Positions 16,661-26,475 of a stretch of 60,260 nt of DNA are shown here, piece by piece; positions within the stretch are counted from its first letter, which is position 1; every line of letters starts with the position of its first letter. Source of the DNA: Patescibacteria group bacterium (GTDB lineage: Bacteria; Patescibacteriota; Patescibacteriia; Magasanikbacterales; UBA922); assembly GCA_028687045.1 (NCBI GenBank), contig JAQUAW010000002.1, forward strand, positions 1 to 60,260. Direction: 5' to 3'. Position numbers and translations under genes: made by a program. The notes under the pieces were generated by a model. It saw only the letters and a program-made list of their open reading frames with translations. It searched no databases and had not been told where the DNA came from.

Positions 16661-18295
16661 CTACCACAACTTTATTTTTTGAATCTTCGCCATCACTAAT
16701 CTAATCTGTTCATAACTAATATTGTCTGGTAGTTTTGTTTTGATAGGGGAGAGCTTGGTATAATCTTCAGCTTCGCTCATGGCTTTTAGAATTTGTTTTT
16801 CTTCGTCAACTGTAACAAAATTTTCAATGTTTAGTTCGCCATCATCTTCTACATACCAGCGTATTAAATGTTGCAAAATGGTATTAACACCAAGTGAACG
16901 TATTTTGGCAATTTGTTCTAGTGTTTTTCCTTCTTGGTACATTTGAACACTTTCAAGAACAGTATTGGAAAGACTTTGAAAAACAGTTGGTGATTTTTTA
17001 GTATCTTTGGTTTTTATTTCTTCCCATTCAAAATTCAGACAAATATCACAATTGTTACAGCCACCATTTTGACGGATGCGACTGACATCAGGGTCAGAAA
17101 AATAGCTAAGGATTGTATCTCTACGACATTTATTATTTTCAACATAATTGGTAATAGCTTCCAATTTGTCATATTGAGCATTGGTAATTTTTTCTATCTC
17201 TGCTATATTTTTGCCTTGTTTTTGCATTTCTTCTCGGCTTTTGCGGATGAAAAAATGACGAAGTCCTACATCAGCTCCACTGTGCAAAAGAATACAATAA
17301 GCTTTTTCACCATCACGTCCAGCACGTCCAGCTTCTTGGTAATAACCTTCCATACTATTTGGCATGCCAGAGTGAATAACAAAGCGAATATCAGCTTTGT
17401 CCACGCCCATACCAAAAGCAACCGTTGCGACAATGACTTTGAATCTGTTTTCCATGAATTTTTCTTGGACTTTTTTTCTTTCGTCTGGTAAGAGTCCAGC
17501 ATGATAAGCTACAGCTTTGATATTTTCTGCATTCAAAAAGTTGGCAATTTTTTCGGTTTCTTTGCGACTAAGAGCATAGACAATACCAGAACCTTGCATA
17601 GATTTTATTAGTCGTAAGACTTCTTGTTCACGAGCTTTTTTCTTTAGATTTTTTCTGACAAAAAATTTCAGATTTGGTCTATCGAAACCACGTACAAAAA
17701 CCTGAGGTTTGATTAGTCCTAAATTTTTTATAATATCATCACGGACTTCTGGTGTGGCTGTGGCCGTAAAAGCGGTGACAGTAGGTCGTGTTGGTAGAGA
17801 GTCAATAAAGTTTTTGATAAGTCTATATTGTGGACGAAAATCATGTCCCCATTGTGACACACAATGAGCTTCATCAATAGCAATAATATCTATTTTTATT
17901 TTTTTTAGTAAATCTTGCAATAATTTGTTATTTAGTCCTTCTGGTGCTAGATAAACAATATGTGTTTTGCCATCGGCAATTTCTTTTAGATAGCTTTTTA
18001 TTTCTTGCAAATCCAATGAACTGTTGATAAGTACAGCATTGAGTCCCCGTGCTTTTAGACTATCTACTTGATCTTTCATCAGAGCAATAAGAGGGGAGAT
18101 TACGATTGTCATTTTTTGACTAGCCAAAGCAGGAAGTTGGTAACACAAAGATTTGCCACCACCAGTAGGCATGAGGGCTATGACATCTTGTCCATTTACA
18201 ATAGCTTGGACTATTTCTTCTTGACCAGGTCGAAAAGATTTGAAATTGAAGTATTGTTCTAGTTTTTTGGTGAGCACACTATATTTATTAAGCAA
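16661..18295 (-). CDS. recQ: ATP-dependent DNA helicase RecQ
   Basis: PTGGGKSLCYQLPA, IDEAHCVSQWGHDFRPQY, FGMGVDK, QE.GRAGRDG, and zinc-binding cysteines. Confidence 0.95.
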   Translation of the reverse strand: MLNKYSVLTKKLEQYFNFKSFRPGQEEIVQAIVNGQDVIALMPTGGGKSLCYQLPALASQKMTIVISPLIALMKDQVDSLKARGLNAVLINSSLDLQEIKSYLKEIADGKTHIVYLAPEGLNNKLLQDLLKKIKIDIIAIDEAHCVSQWGHDFRPQYRLIKNFIDSLPTRPTVTAFTATATPEVRDDIIKNLGLIKPQVFVRGFDRPNLKFFVRKNLKKKAREQEVLRLIKSMQGSGIVYALSRKETEKIANFLNAENIKAVAYHAGLLPDERKKVQEKFMENRFKVIVATVAFGMGVDKADIRFVIHSGMPNSMEGYYQEAGRAGRDGEKAYCILLHSGADVGLRHFFIRKSREEMQKQGKNIAEIEKITNAQYDKLEAITNYVENNKCRRDTILSYFSDPDVSRIRQNGGCNNCDICLNFEWEEIKTKDTKKSPTVFQSLSNTVLESVQMYQEGKTLEQIAKIRSLGVNTILQHLIRWYVEDDGELNIENFVTVDEEKQILKAMSEAEDYTKLSPIKTKLPDNISYEQIRLVMAKIQKIKLW

Positions 18296-18417
18296 ATTCA
18301 GTTTTATAACTATTGTATTTTACTATATTTTGGGGAGATGGGCAATTGTGGGTGATTTATGAAAATATGAAAACACACTGTCATTATGAAAGTGTGTTTT
18401 TTATAATATTTGTTTTT

Positions 18418-19425
18418 TTATGCGGTTTCCAAAAATCTATTTAAAATAGGTGCGATTCTTCTTTCAAATTCTTGCATTTCTAGACCTTTTTTGAGTTTAT
18501 TTCCTGCCACTTGTTCTTCATCATCAATTTTTTCTAATGGCGATGTATTATGAGCTCCAAAAGTAATAGAAGCTCTGTTATCATAATCAGTTAGTCCATG
18601 CCCCCAATTCATATTCAATCTATTCATAGCATCATGAAAAGGTTGTGGTGCAACTATATAAAAAACTGCTTTATTTGTCATTCTTTCATACCATAGGTCT
18701 TGCCATTGATGTATATCTTGTAGTAATAAAGCTGTTGCCAAAAGAAGTTTAGCGTCTTGTTCTGTGAATGTTGCATTGTCTGTTAAAAAATTTAATACTT
18801 CATTTAAATTTCCATTTTTTGCTGAAATTATTTTTGGTAATAATTTTTCCGCAAATTTCAATAAATTTTTACCAAATTCCGTCTCTTTTTTAGTGTACAA
18901 TCCTGCTTGTTCTTGTGTGGGGACTTGTTCCAATGTTTCTTCTGTAAATATTTTAGAATCTGTAAAACCTGTTAAAATTAGAGTACAAGCTTCATTTGGT
19001 TTTTGTAATGATGCAATAGAATCTACAATTCTTGCTTTTGCTACAAAAGAAGGTTTTAAATCGGGCATTAATTTATAAAAATCATCAATAGTTACAAAAA
19101 TAGGAGTAGTTTTTTCTTGTTTTATCTCTCCTCGTTCTTGAAAAAAATTTGCTATAAGACTCGCTGTTTTTTGTTCAGTTTTCCTATCATATTCAGCAGA
19201 TGAACTCAAATAACCAAAACCATTATTTCTTTCTGCCAAGATTATCATTATTTTTACTTTAGCGAAGAGGCCTGCTTCTTCAGGTGTGAACTTTCTTGCT
19301 TTTAATTCTTGTATAAATGGAACGTGGCTGGTTTCTGGTGTACCTTCTTTTAATAAATTTGCATATGCTTGCATTAGTTCATGTTGTATTTGTAATTCTG
19401 GATGTTGTCTTATTACGTCAGTCAT
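18418..19425 (-). CDS. hypothetical protein (335 aa)
   Basis: Long ORF with normal composition, divergent from greA; no motif recognised. Confidence 0.6.
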   Translation of the reverse strand: MTDVIRQHPELQIQHELMQAYANLLKEGTPETSHVPFIQELKARKFTPEEAGLFAKVKIMIILAERNNGFGYLSSSAEYDRKTEQKTASLIANFFQERGEIKQEKTTPIFVTIDDFYKLMPDLKPSFVAKARIVDSIASLQKPNEACTLILTGFTDSKIFTEETLEQVPTQEQAGLYTKKETEFGKNLLKFAEKLLPKIISAKNGNLNEVLNFLTDNATFTEQDAKLLLATALLLQDIHQWQDLWYERMTNKAVFYIVAPQPFHDAMNRLNMNWGHGLTDYDNRASITFGAHNTSPLEKIDDEEQVAGNKLKKGLEMQEFERRIAPILNRFLETA

Positions 19426-19486
19426 ATTATATTTGTATTAAAGTAAGTTTTTAGATATAATCTATTATATTATCTTTTAACTTACT

Positions 19487-19984
19487 ATGCAAACACCTTA
19501 CCGCAAGCCAGGCAAATATGCGCTTCAACCAAATGACCCTTATCTAAGTCAAGATAAGTTTTTGTCTTTGCAAAAAGATTTGGATAGATTATTGAAACAG
19601 CGTCCTTTTTTGGCATCAGAAGTCAGCAGATTGGCAGAGTTGGGTGATTTTTCGGAAAATGTAGAATATCAGCTTGCCAAAGGTAAATTGCGTGGCTTGA
19701 ACAGTGCTATTAGTAAAACAGAAAAACAATTGCGCAGTGCTATTGTTATAAATAACGAAGGTAACAAGCATTTTGTGGATTTGGGTAGTATTGTACTTGT
19801 AAGAGTAAATGGTAAAGAAAAAAAATATGAAATATTAGGTTCATCTGAAAGCGATCCAGACAAAGGTGTTATTTCTCACAATTCACCAATTGCCCAATTA
19901 CTTTTGGGAAAAAAAGTTGGTGATAAAGTGAATTTGAAATTGAAAGATAAAAATGTGGATTATGAAATTTTGGAGATAAATTAG
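19487..19984 (+). CDS. greA: transcription elongation factor GreA
   Basis: Coiled-coil N-domain with the ...GDFSENVEYQLAK motif, plus the C-terminal FKBP-like domain. Confidence 0.85.
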   Translation: MQTPYRKPGKYALQPNDPYLSQDKFLSLQKDLDRLLKQRPFLASEVSRLAELGDFSENVEYQLAKGKLRGLNSAISKTEKQLRSAIVINNEGNKHFVDLGSIVLVRVNGKEKKYEILGSSESDPDKGVISHNSPIAQLLLGKKVGDKVNLKLKDKNVDYEILEIN

Positions 19985-19989
19985 CCCAT

Positions 19990-20017
19990 AGCCAATAGCC
20001 AATAGCCAATAGCCAAA
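19990..20017. repeat. tandem 7-mer AGCCAAT x4 immediately after the greA stop
   Basis: agccaat agccaat agccaat agccaaa read directly. Confidence 0.9.
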
Positions 20018-20039
20018 AGTTCATAAGATTTAGAAAAAT

Positions 20040-20070
20040 AAAAAATCACCGTGTTAGCGGTGATTTTTTA
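20040..20070. terminator. bidirectional intrinsic terminator AAAAAATCACCG-tgtta-CGGTGATTTTTT, copy 1
   Basis: Stem flanked by an A-run and a T-run; lies between the convergent greA and DedA genes. Confidence 0.8.
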
Positions 20071-20071
20071 T

Positions 20072-20686
20072 TTAAATTTTTTTGTGAAAAAAAAGATATT
20101 TTATTAGATGATAAGAAAAATAGGTTAAAATAAGAATTAGTAAAAAAAATTCTGTACGGAAAATCCATTTTTCAATATTTGGTAATGATTGACCAAAAAA
20201 GTAAGCAGGCAAAACCAAAAGTATGCTCCAGCCAATTGCACCAAGTATATTCCAGATTGTAAATTGCAATCTTTTCATTTTTAGAGTACCTGCTATAAAT
20301 GGTGCGAATTCTTTCATACTTGGAATGAATCTTGCTAGAAAAATACTTTTTGAACCGTGAACTTCTATAAATGTTTTTGCTTTTGTAATATGACTTTCTT
20401 TTATAAACCAAAAACCTTTGGCGAATATTTTGTTACCAAATTTTCGTCCTAAATAATAATTTATGTTATCTCCTATAATAGCACCTAAAGTTGTAAAAAA
20501 AATAAGGTCACCAGGTTCGAGGTGTGTTTGGCTAGTCGTAGCAGCTATGAGTAATATTGCTGTGGATCCTGGAATAAAAAGACCTACTCCAATAGTAGTT
20601 TCAAACAAAGCAAAAAATAGGGCAATCCAATATCCCCAGAGATGTAAATTGCTTAGTGTTGGTACTAAATTATTTAAGATATCCAT
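20072..20686 (-). CDS. DedA family membrane protein
   Basis: FIPGSTAILLIAAT and LARFIP..KEFAPFIAG motifs typical of DedA/SNARE-associated proteins. Confidence 0.8.
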   Translation of the reverse strand: MDILNNLVPTLSNLHLWGYWIALFFALFETTIGVGLFIPGSTAILLIAATTSQTHLEPGDLIFFTTLGAIIGDNINYYLGRKFGNKIFAKGFWFIKESHITKAKTFIEVHGSKSIFLARFIPSMKEFAPFIAGTLKMKRLQFTIWNILGAIGWSILLVLPAYFFGQSLPNIEKWIFRTEFFLLILILTYFSYHLIKYLFFHKKI

Positions 20687-20726
20687 AGGATTCTATTATA
20701 GAATAATTTTTACTTTTTTACTATAT

Positions 20727-20757
20727 AAAAAAATCACCGTGTTAGCGGTGATTTTTT
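20727..20757. terminator. second, identical copy of the AAAAAATCACCGtgttaGCGGTGATTTTTT hairpin
   Basis: 31-nt core identical to 20040-20070. It sits between the DedA start and the stop of the 20770..21627 gene. Confidence 0.8.
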
Positions 20758-20769
20758 ATGAAAATGTTA

Positions 20770-21627
20770 CTAGTTAGTTTTTTTGAAACTTTCAGCAACC
20801 TTTTGCCATTCTGAACCATCTTCAGATGAGAAATAGCTTAGTACTACATATTTTTCACCAACTTTGTAGTAGCTGTAAGCCATTGCATTGTAATTTGTTT
20901 CATTTGTATATTCTTCCAAAGTATTCCAAATACTTACAGATGCACTATAAGATTGTGCGCCTGGCGCATCTTCTAGGAAAAGAACTACTGCATTTTTCCA
21001 ACCATAATTATCATAAACAGCTTTGTAAGTTGTTGGATATTTTATTTGAAAATTATAATCAGTGTTGGCATAGACTTTCCAATTTTCAGTTCCGTTTGTC
21101 AAATTTGCTACTGTGAAGCTGTCCATAATTGTACTAATTTCACGCCATCTAGCATCAAGAGATTCTATTTTGATATATTGAGATTGTCCACCATAATAAT
21201 AAACTTGTCCGTCAGTACCAAAATATCTCATATTTGGATGAGGATTCACTTCTGTTGGATGAATACTTATAGTAAACATCTCATCCCAACCAGCAAAACC
21301 AAACCATACTGTTTTACCACCTTCTGTATTTTCAGTTGTTTTAGTAGTATAACCTGTCCAAGTTGCTGGAAGAGTTAGACTAAAGTGGAATTCTGGATTA
21401 GTGTAAGTTATACTATTTGTTTGTGTCGTTGTTTCTACTGTTGTTGTTTCCACAACTGTAGTATTGTTAGTGTTTTCAGTCGCTGTGTTAGTTGTTGTCT
21501 CAGAAACTGGTACATTGTTGTTTGTCGCTGGAGGTGTTGTAGGTGTTTCGTTTATATTGATATTACAGCCCGCTCCGAGCAACACGACAGTTGCCAAAAC
21601 ACTTCCTAAAGATATGATCTTTTTCAT
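20770..21627 (-). CDS. lipoprotein, function unknown
   Basis: Signal peptide with lipobox LLGAGC, a Thr/Asn-rich linker, then a globular domain. Confidence 0.7.
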   Translation of the reverse strand: MKKIISLGSVLATVVLLGAGCNININETPTTPPATNNNVPVSETTTNTATENTNNTTVVETTTVETTTQTNSITYTNPEFHFSLTLPATWTGYTTKTTENTEGGKTVWFGFAGWDEMFTISIHPTEVNPHPNMRYFGTDGQVYYYGGQSQYIKIESLDARWREISTIMDSFTVANLTNGTENWKVYANTDYNFQIKYPTTYKAVYDNYGWKNAVVLFLEDAPGAQSYSASVSIWNTLEEYTNETNYNAMAYSYYKVGEKYVVLSYFSSEDGSEWQKVAESFKKTN

Positions 21628-21735
21628 AGATATTAGTTATTATTTAAATGAATTAATTATCAGCACTTTATCATAAAATAGCTAAAATATCAATAGTATT
21701 GTGTGCTTAACTTTTTTATATTTTTTTATTACAAT

Positions 21736-22044
21736 TTATTGATTTTTGTTATCATCATCTTTCTTTGGAAGCCCCCATTGCCAACGTGGTTTTTCGCCTT
21801 TTTTGTAAGCAATGAACATAAGTAAAAAAACAGCAACGGCTATTTTGGCAAAAAACCAATCAAGCTCTTCAATAGTAGCAGTTGGACTTAGCCTTTTACC
21901 TGTCCAGATAATAAAACCTACAAAAACTAGAATAACCAACCAACCTTGCCATTTGACAGGTGTCCAACCCCAACCAAAGAGTTTACGTTTGAACCACAAG
22001 CCTTTTGGATTATCTTTGAAATAATCTGTGTATTCTTTGAGCAT
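21736..22044 (-). CDS. small two-TM membrane protein
   Basis: 102 aa with two hydrophobic segments; no motif recognised. Confidence 0.5.
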   Translation of the reverse strand: MLKEYTDYFKDNPKGLWFKRKLFGWGWTPVKWQGWLVILVFVGFIIWTGKRLSPTATIEELDWFFAKIAVAVFLLMFIAYKKGEKPRWQWGLPKKDDDNKNQ

Positions 22045-22198
22045 AAAATTAAGTTTATTCCGTTTTGGACGGAAAATTTAATAATTAATAATGTTATTGT
22101 ACACCTCTAGAGTCTATTAGGTCAATATAAATTATTGACAAAAGCCCTAAAATATGAGATTATATGGCAGTTGACTTAAATTTTTTTATAAAATTATT

Positions 22199-23650
22199 AT
22201 GGCCGAAGAAGTAATCCTACGTTTTGACAATGTCTGTTTTGAATATGCAGAAAGAAAACCTGTTTTGGAAGAGGTTAGTTTTTCTGTGCGTAAAGGTGCA
22301 AAACTTACTTTAATGGGCCAAAATGGCGCTGGCAAAAGTACCCTTTTCAAGTTAATAAAAGGTGAAAGCAAAGCAAACTCTGGCAATGTTTTTTTGACCA
22401 ATGAAGCTAGTGTGGGTACTGCTGAACAGATGATTGCCAAGAGTGATTTGGTTTTGACTATTGAAGATTATTTTGGCAAAGCCTTTCATGAAGTTCCAGG
22501 TAATATCAAAAGTCAAATAAGTAAGGTAATGGACGCTGTCAATCTGACAGTACCGATTGATCGCAAAGTAGGAGATTTGTCTGGTGGACAACAAGCTAGA
22601 ATATTACTGGCTTACGCTCTTATCCAAAATCCAGATATTTTGCTTTTGGATGAACCTACTAACAATTTAGATAAAGATGGAATTGACCATCTTATCCAAT
22701 TTTTGGTGATGTATGATAAGACTGTGATTGTGATTTCTCATGATGCTGATTTTCTTAATTGCTTTACTGAAGGCGTGATTTATCTTGATGTCTTTACCAA
22801 AAAAGTTGAGACTTATGTGGGTGACTATTATTCAGTAGTTGACGAAATTCAAAATAGAATAGATAGAGAAATCAAGAAAAATGCTCAATTGAAAAAACAA
22901 ATTCAAGACAACAAAGACAAAGTAAACTTCTTTTCCAACAAAGGTGGTAAGATGCGTAAATTAGCCAGTAAATTGCGTGAAGAAATAGAAGAATTTGAAG
23001 AAAACAAAGTCGAAGTTCGTCGTGAAGATAAGACTATCAGAGAATTTGAAATTCCTGCACAAGGAATTATCGGTGACGTGGTGACAATCAAATCTATAAA
23101 AGTTATCAAAAATCATGAACCTATTGTCAAAGAAGTAGATATCGTTTTGCGTCAAAGAGATAGACTACTTATCGCCGGGCCAAACGGAGTGGGAAAAAGT
23201 ACTTTGCTTCGAACTTTAGTCAATGGTAGTAACGAAGGTGTGACTATCATGCCAGGCACTCGTCTTGGTTATTACAGTCAAGATTTTGCTACGTTGGATT
23301 ATGAGCAGACTGTTTTTGATTCTCTCAAAAGTGTAGTGCAAGAGGGGACTACTACTGAACAGATGCGAGCTGTAGCTGCAGGGTTTTTACTTTCTGGCGA
23401 AACTATGGGGCTCAAAATTTCTCACTTGTCAGAAGGTCAAAAAGGTCTTTTGTCTTTTGCTAGATTGGTTTTACTTCAACCTGGTTTACTAGTTTTGGAC
23501 GAACCTACCAATCATATCAATTTCCGTCATATTCCAGTTATTGCGGAAGCTATAAACAATTATCAAGGTACTGTCATCCTTATTAGTCATATGCCTGACT
23601 TTGTTGAGAAAATTAAATTTGATCAAGATTTGGATTTGGGAAGGTACTAA
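22199..23650 (+). CDS. ABC-F family ATPase (two ABC cassettes, no TMD)
   Basis: Walker A GQNGAGKST and GPNGVGKST, signatures LSGGQQ and LSEGQK, and a charged inter-domain linker. Confidence 0.9.
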   Translation: MAEEVILRFDNVCFEYAERKPVLEEVSFSVRKGAKLTLMGQNGAGKSTLFKLIKGESKANSGNVFLTNEASVGTAEQMIAKSDLVLTIEDYFGKAFHEVPGNIKSQISKVMDAVNLTVPIDRKVGDLSGGQQARILLAYALIQNPDILLLDEPTNNLDKDGIDHLIQFLVMYDKTVIVISHDADFLNCFTEGVIYLDVFTKKVETYVGDYYSVVDEIQNRIDREIKKNAQLKKQIQDNKDKVNFFSNKGGKMRKLASKLREEIEEFEENKVEVRREDKTIREFEIPAQGIIGDVVTIKSIKVIKNHEPIVKEVDIVLRQRDRLLIAGPNGVGKSTLLRTLVNGSNEGVTIMPGTRLGYYSQDFATLDYEQTVFDSLKSVVQEGTTTEQMRAVAAGFLLSGETMGLKISHLSEGQKGLLSFARLVLLQPGLLVLDEPTNHINFRHIPVIAEAINNYQGTVILISHMPDFVEKIKFDQDLDLGRY

Positions 23651-23836
23651 AAGGCTGGAAATGCTAGAAATGCTTGAAAGGCTCAAAAGGCCTTTTTTGT
23701 TTTGTAATACAATATATTTTTAAAAAAAGACTTTCGACTTTATAGACTTTAAGAACTTTTGACTCATGTATTGCTTACAATTAGCCATTTAAAGATGTTT
23801 CATTCCCCATTTCTCGTTCCACATTCCTCTTGTACC

Positions 23837-23865
23837 TTGACAAACACTCAAAATTCTGCTATAGT
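23837..23865 (+). promoter_or_regulatory. sigma70-type promoter
   Basis: TTGACA (23837-42), 17-nt spacer, TATAGT (23860-65). Confidence 0.65.
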
Positions 23866-23903
23866 AAGGGACAAATTACGTTTAAGTAATTGGAACATTT
23901 TAT

Positions 23904-24590
23904 ATGGGAAGTTTTAATCGTGACGGCAAGAGACCAAGTGGTGGTTTTAGTCGTGGAGGTTTTGGTGGCGGTAGACCTCAAAGTAGAGGTGGTTTTGGTG
24001 GTGGTAGAGATGGTGATAGACCAACTATGCACCCCGCTGTTTGTGAAGAATGTGGCAATGATTGCGAAGTGCCATTTAAGCCAACTGGTAGTAGACCAGT
24101 ATTCTGTAGCAATTGTTTTGGTAAACAACAAGGCGATTTCGCTCCAAAACGTAGAGAATTTGGTGGCGATAGACCAGAAAGACGTGATCGTGTAAGTTTT
24201 GACGATAGACAAATGCACGACGCTGTTTGCGATAAGTGTGGTGGTAATTGTCAAGTACCTTTTAGACCTACACCTGGTAAAGAAATATTTTGTGATAAAT
24301 GTTTTGGCAAAGGTGGAGATAGAGGCAATGATAGAAAATCATCTGGCTCAGGTTCTCCAGAACTTTTGGAAAAAATAAATATGCTAAATTCTAAAGTTGA
24401 CAAACTTATGGAATTATTAGGTGGCAAAACTGCTAAAGCAGTAGAAGAACCTACAGCAGACAAGAAAATTTCTAAAGCAAAAAAAGAAGTTGATTTTACT
24501 GAAAAAACAGTAAAAGAAGAAAAACCAAAAAAAGAAAAAACAGAAAAAAAAGTTGCTAAGAAAAAAGTAGCAACAAAAAAGAAAAAGTAA
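23904..24590 (+). CDS. CxxC-x17-CxxC domain protein with RGG-rich N-terminus and Lys-rich tail
   Basis: Two repeats, CEECGNDCEVPFKPTGSRPVFCSNCF and CDKCGGNCQVPFRPTPGKEIFCDKCF. There are GGF/RGG repeats and a KKEK-rich C-terminus. Confidence 0.8.
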   Translation: MGSFNRDGKRPSGGFSRGGFGGGRPQSRGGFGGGRDGDRPTMHPAVCEECGNDCEVPFKPTGSRPVFCSNCFGKQQGDFAPKRREFGGDRPERRDRVSFDDRQMHDAVCDKCGGNCQVPFRPTPGKEIFCDKCFGKGGDRGNDRKSSGSGSPELLEKINMLNSKVDKLMELLGGKTAKAVEEPTADKKISKAKKEVDFTEKTVKEEKPKKEKTEKKVAKKKVATKKKK

Positions 24591-24722
24591 ATATTTTCTA
24601 AAAAGCCTCGTCTGTAAAAAGCGAGGTTTTTTATTTGTAGGTTCCATTTTTTGTCTATTTGCTGTATAGTATAAGTATAGCCTTTGGTTTTTGAGAATGC
24701 GTTATTTTTAATTGAAATTGCT

Positions 24723-25598
24723 ATGATGAAAAAAAACTTCAAACTATTGGTATTACCTTCTGTAAAAAATATGCAACAGGTGATAAACAGATTTTCTTTT
24801 CCAATAGAATTGACAAAAGGTACTTTGAAAAATATCAAAATTGTTTTTAAAAAAAACAAAATTTTAGTTACACACAATGATATTGATTTGAAAAATTTTT
24901 CTTTGGTTTGGTTATCTTCTTCTTGGACTTCTCGTGATTTGGCTTATGCTATTCAACTTTATTTGGATGAAAAAAATGTACCAAGTACTTTTGTTGAAAA
25001 GGGGACTTCTAAGTTGACTGATCATATGATATTTTCTTTAAACAATATTTCTGCACCAGACACTTTGTTTGTGGATAGTAGTGTTTTGTCAAAAAGTTTG
25101 GCACAAATAAAAAGTATTATTGGTTATCCTTTGATAGTGAAAGATATTAGAGGTTCAAGAGGTACAAATTCTATGAAGATAAATAGTCAAAAAGAATTGT
25201 TGTCTAAAATGGAATTGTTTCCCAAACATCGTAAATATATTTTGCAACAGTATATTCCCAATGATTATGATTGGGGTATAATGGTTGCTAATGGGGTAGT
25301 AGTTTCTGGAGAAAAGAGTTATCACCAAGAAGGAGAATTTCTAAATCACGCTATTCATGGTGCAACAGAAGTCTTTGTAGATAAATCAAAAATACCTCAA
25401 AAAATAAAAGATATTGCAATCAAAGCTAGTAAAAAATTGGGTTTGATTTGGTCTAGAGCTGATATTATTATTAACAAAAATAATGGTAGACCATATTTAA
25501 TGGAAGTAAATAGACTACCAGGTATAACAGATAAAACTAGTGAAGTAGATGGCGCTTACAAATTTTTGGCTTCACAAATAAATTTAATGTCAAAATAA
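24723..25598 (+). CDS. ATP-grasp (RimK-like) ligase
   Basis: The ATP-grasp fold pattern is seen (YPLIVKDIRGSRGTN, ...LMEVNRLPG). Start set at ATG 24723 (MMKKNFKLL). Confidence 0.7.
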   Translation: MMKKNFKLLVLPSVKNMQQVINRFSFPIELTKGTLKNIKIVFKKNKILVTHNDIDLKNFSLVWLSSSWTSRDLAYAIQLYLDEKNVPSTFVEKGTSKLTDHMIFSLNNISAPDTLFVDSSVLSKSLAQIKSIIGYPLIVKDIRGSRGTNSMKINSQKELLSKMELFPKHRKYILQQYIPNDYDWGIMVANGVVVSGEKSYHQEGEFLNHAIHGATEVFVDKSKIPQKIKDIAIKASKKLGLIWSRADIIINKNNGRPYLMEVNRLPGITDKTSEVDGAYKFLASQINLMSK

Positions 25599-25636
25599 TG
25601 TAATATTTTACATATTTATTCTTAACCACCAATCAT

Positions 25637-25795
25637 ATGAGCCTATTTGCCGTCGATGGAGATTTTGATAGTGAGGAAACAAAGAAAAACAAAGAAAAAG
25701 AAAAAAAAGCAAAGGAGAAATTAGAAAAATATAAAAATTTTTTTAATATAGGTAAAAAAGCAGGAGAAAAAGCTGCTAGAGATAAAAAAGTATAG
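25637..25795 (+). CDS. possible 52-aa Lys/Glu/Asp-rich small protein
   Basis: ATG 25637, TAG 25793-95, 38 nt after the ATP-grasp stop and directly before the shared terminator. More plausible than the antisense track ORF 25633..25818. Confidence 0.35.
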   Translation: MSLFAVDGDFDSEETKKNKEKEKKAKEKLEKYKNFFNIGKKAGEKAARDKKV

Positions 25796-25805
25796 TTGTT
25801 AAAAC

Positions 25806-25841
25806 AAAAAAGACTCACTTGAAAATAGTGAGTCTTTTTTT
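25806..25841. terminator. bidirectional intrinsic terminator
   Basis: AAAAAAGACTCACT-tgaaaat-AGTGAGTCTTTTTTT. Confidence 0.85.
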
Positions 25842-25842
25842 A

Positions 25843-26469
25843 TTATAATTTTTCTATTTCACTTGCTGTCAAAATATCAAGTTCTTGTAATCTTTGTAAA
25901 AGACTTTCCATGTCAGTATAGAGAATTGGTTCAAAACCTATTTCGTGGGCCTTGTCCAAATTGTGTGGAGTATCATCTATATAAATCATTTCGGAAATAT
26001 CTACACCTAGTTTTTCGGCCAGTAAAAGGTAAGCTTCGGGATGAGATTTCATCACACCGACTTCGGCAGAAAAAAGAGTGACATCAAATAGATCATCTAC
26101 ACCAAATTCTCTAGCTTCTTTGGCACCAGCGGCAGTGTGATTACTAAATAGACCTAACTTATAATTTTTTGATTTTAGCAAAGTAAGTAGGAGGAGTATT
26201 TTCTCATTATATTTTCCTTTTGGTAAATTGTTTAGGGCTTCTATGAATTCATCTACTCTTGATTCATGTCCCAAATCTGTAAACACTATGGTCCAAAATT
26301 CTTTTGGGTCTGTATGCTTTGTATTTATAAGGTGGTTGTGTTGGTAATAAGAATCAGAAAATTTTTCTTTGGAAATATTTAGAAATTCAGGAACCATTTT
26401 ATTGTATTTTGTAGGATGAAAAAATACTACACCACTCCAATCAAAACCAATTGCTTTTATTTTTGGCAT
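25843..26469 (-). CDS. HAD superfamily hydrolase
   Basis: N-terminal GFDWSGV motif; a SN.. motif and a late YIDD motif consistent with HAD motifs I-IV. Confidence 0.7.
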   Translation of the reverse strand: MPKIKAIGFDWSGVVFFHPTKYNKMVPEFLNISKEKFSDSYYQHNHLINTKHTDPKEFWTIVFTDLGHESRVDEFIEALNNLPKGKYNEKILLLLTLLKSKNYKLGLFSNHTAAGAKEAREFGVDDLFDVTLFSAEVGVMKSHPEAYLLLAEKLGVDISEMIYIDDTPHNLDKAHEIGFEPILYTDMESLLQRLQELDILTASEIEKL

Positions 26470-26475
26470 ATTTTT

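Noticed and set aside
19990-20017. CRISPR array (also considered for the other short tandem-word regions)
   Set aside because: The units are 7-9 nt, contiguous or degenerate, with no unique spacers of 25-40 nt. There are no cas genes in the window.
24251-24877. 208-aa minus-strand ORF, and the overlapping ORFs 23859..24254(-), 23890..24195(+) and 24417..24647(-)
   Set aside because: They are antisense or out of frame to the well-supported CxxC-x17-CxxC gene and cross its terminator. Their low-complexity translations arise from the Lys/Gly codon repeats.
25633-25818. 61-aa minus-strand ORF from the track
   Set aside because: It runs through the bidirectional terminator and translates to Phe/Ser low complexity. 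The plus-strand 52-codon ORF fits the spacing and terminator better, although it is itself tentative.
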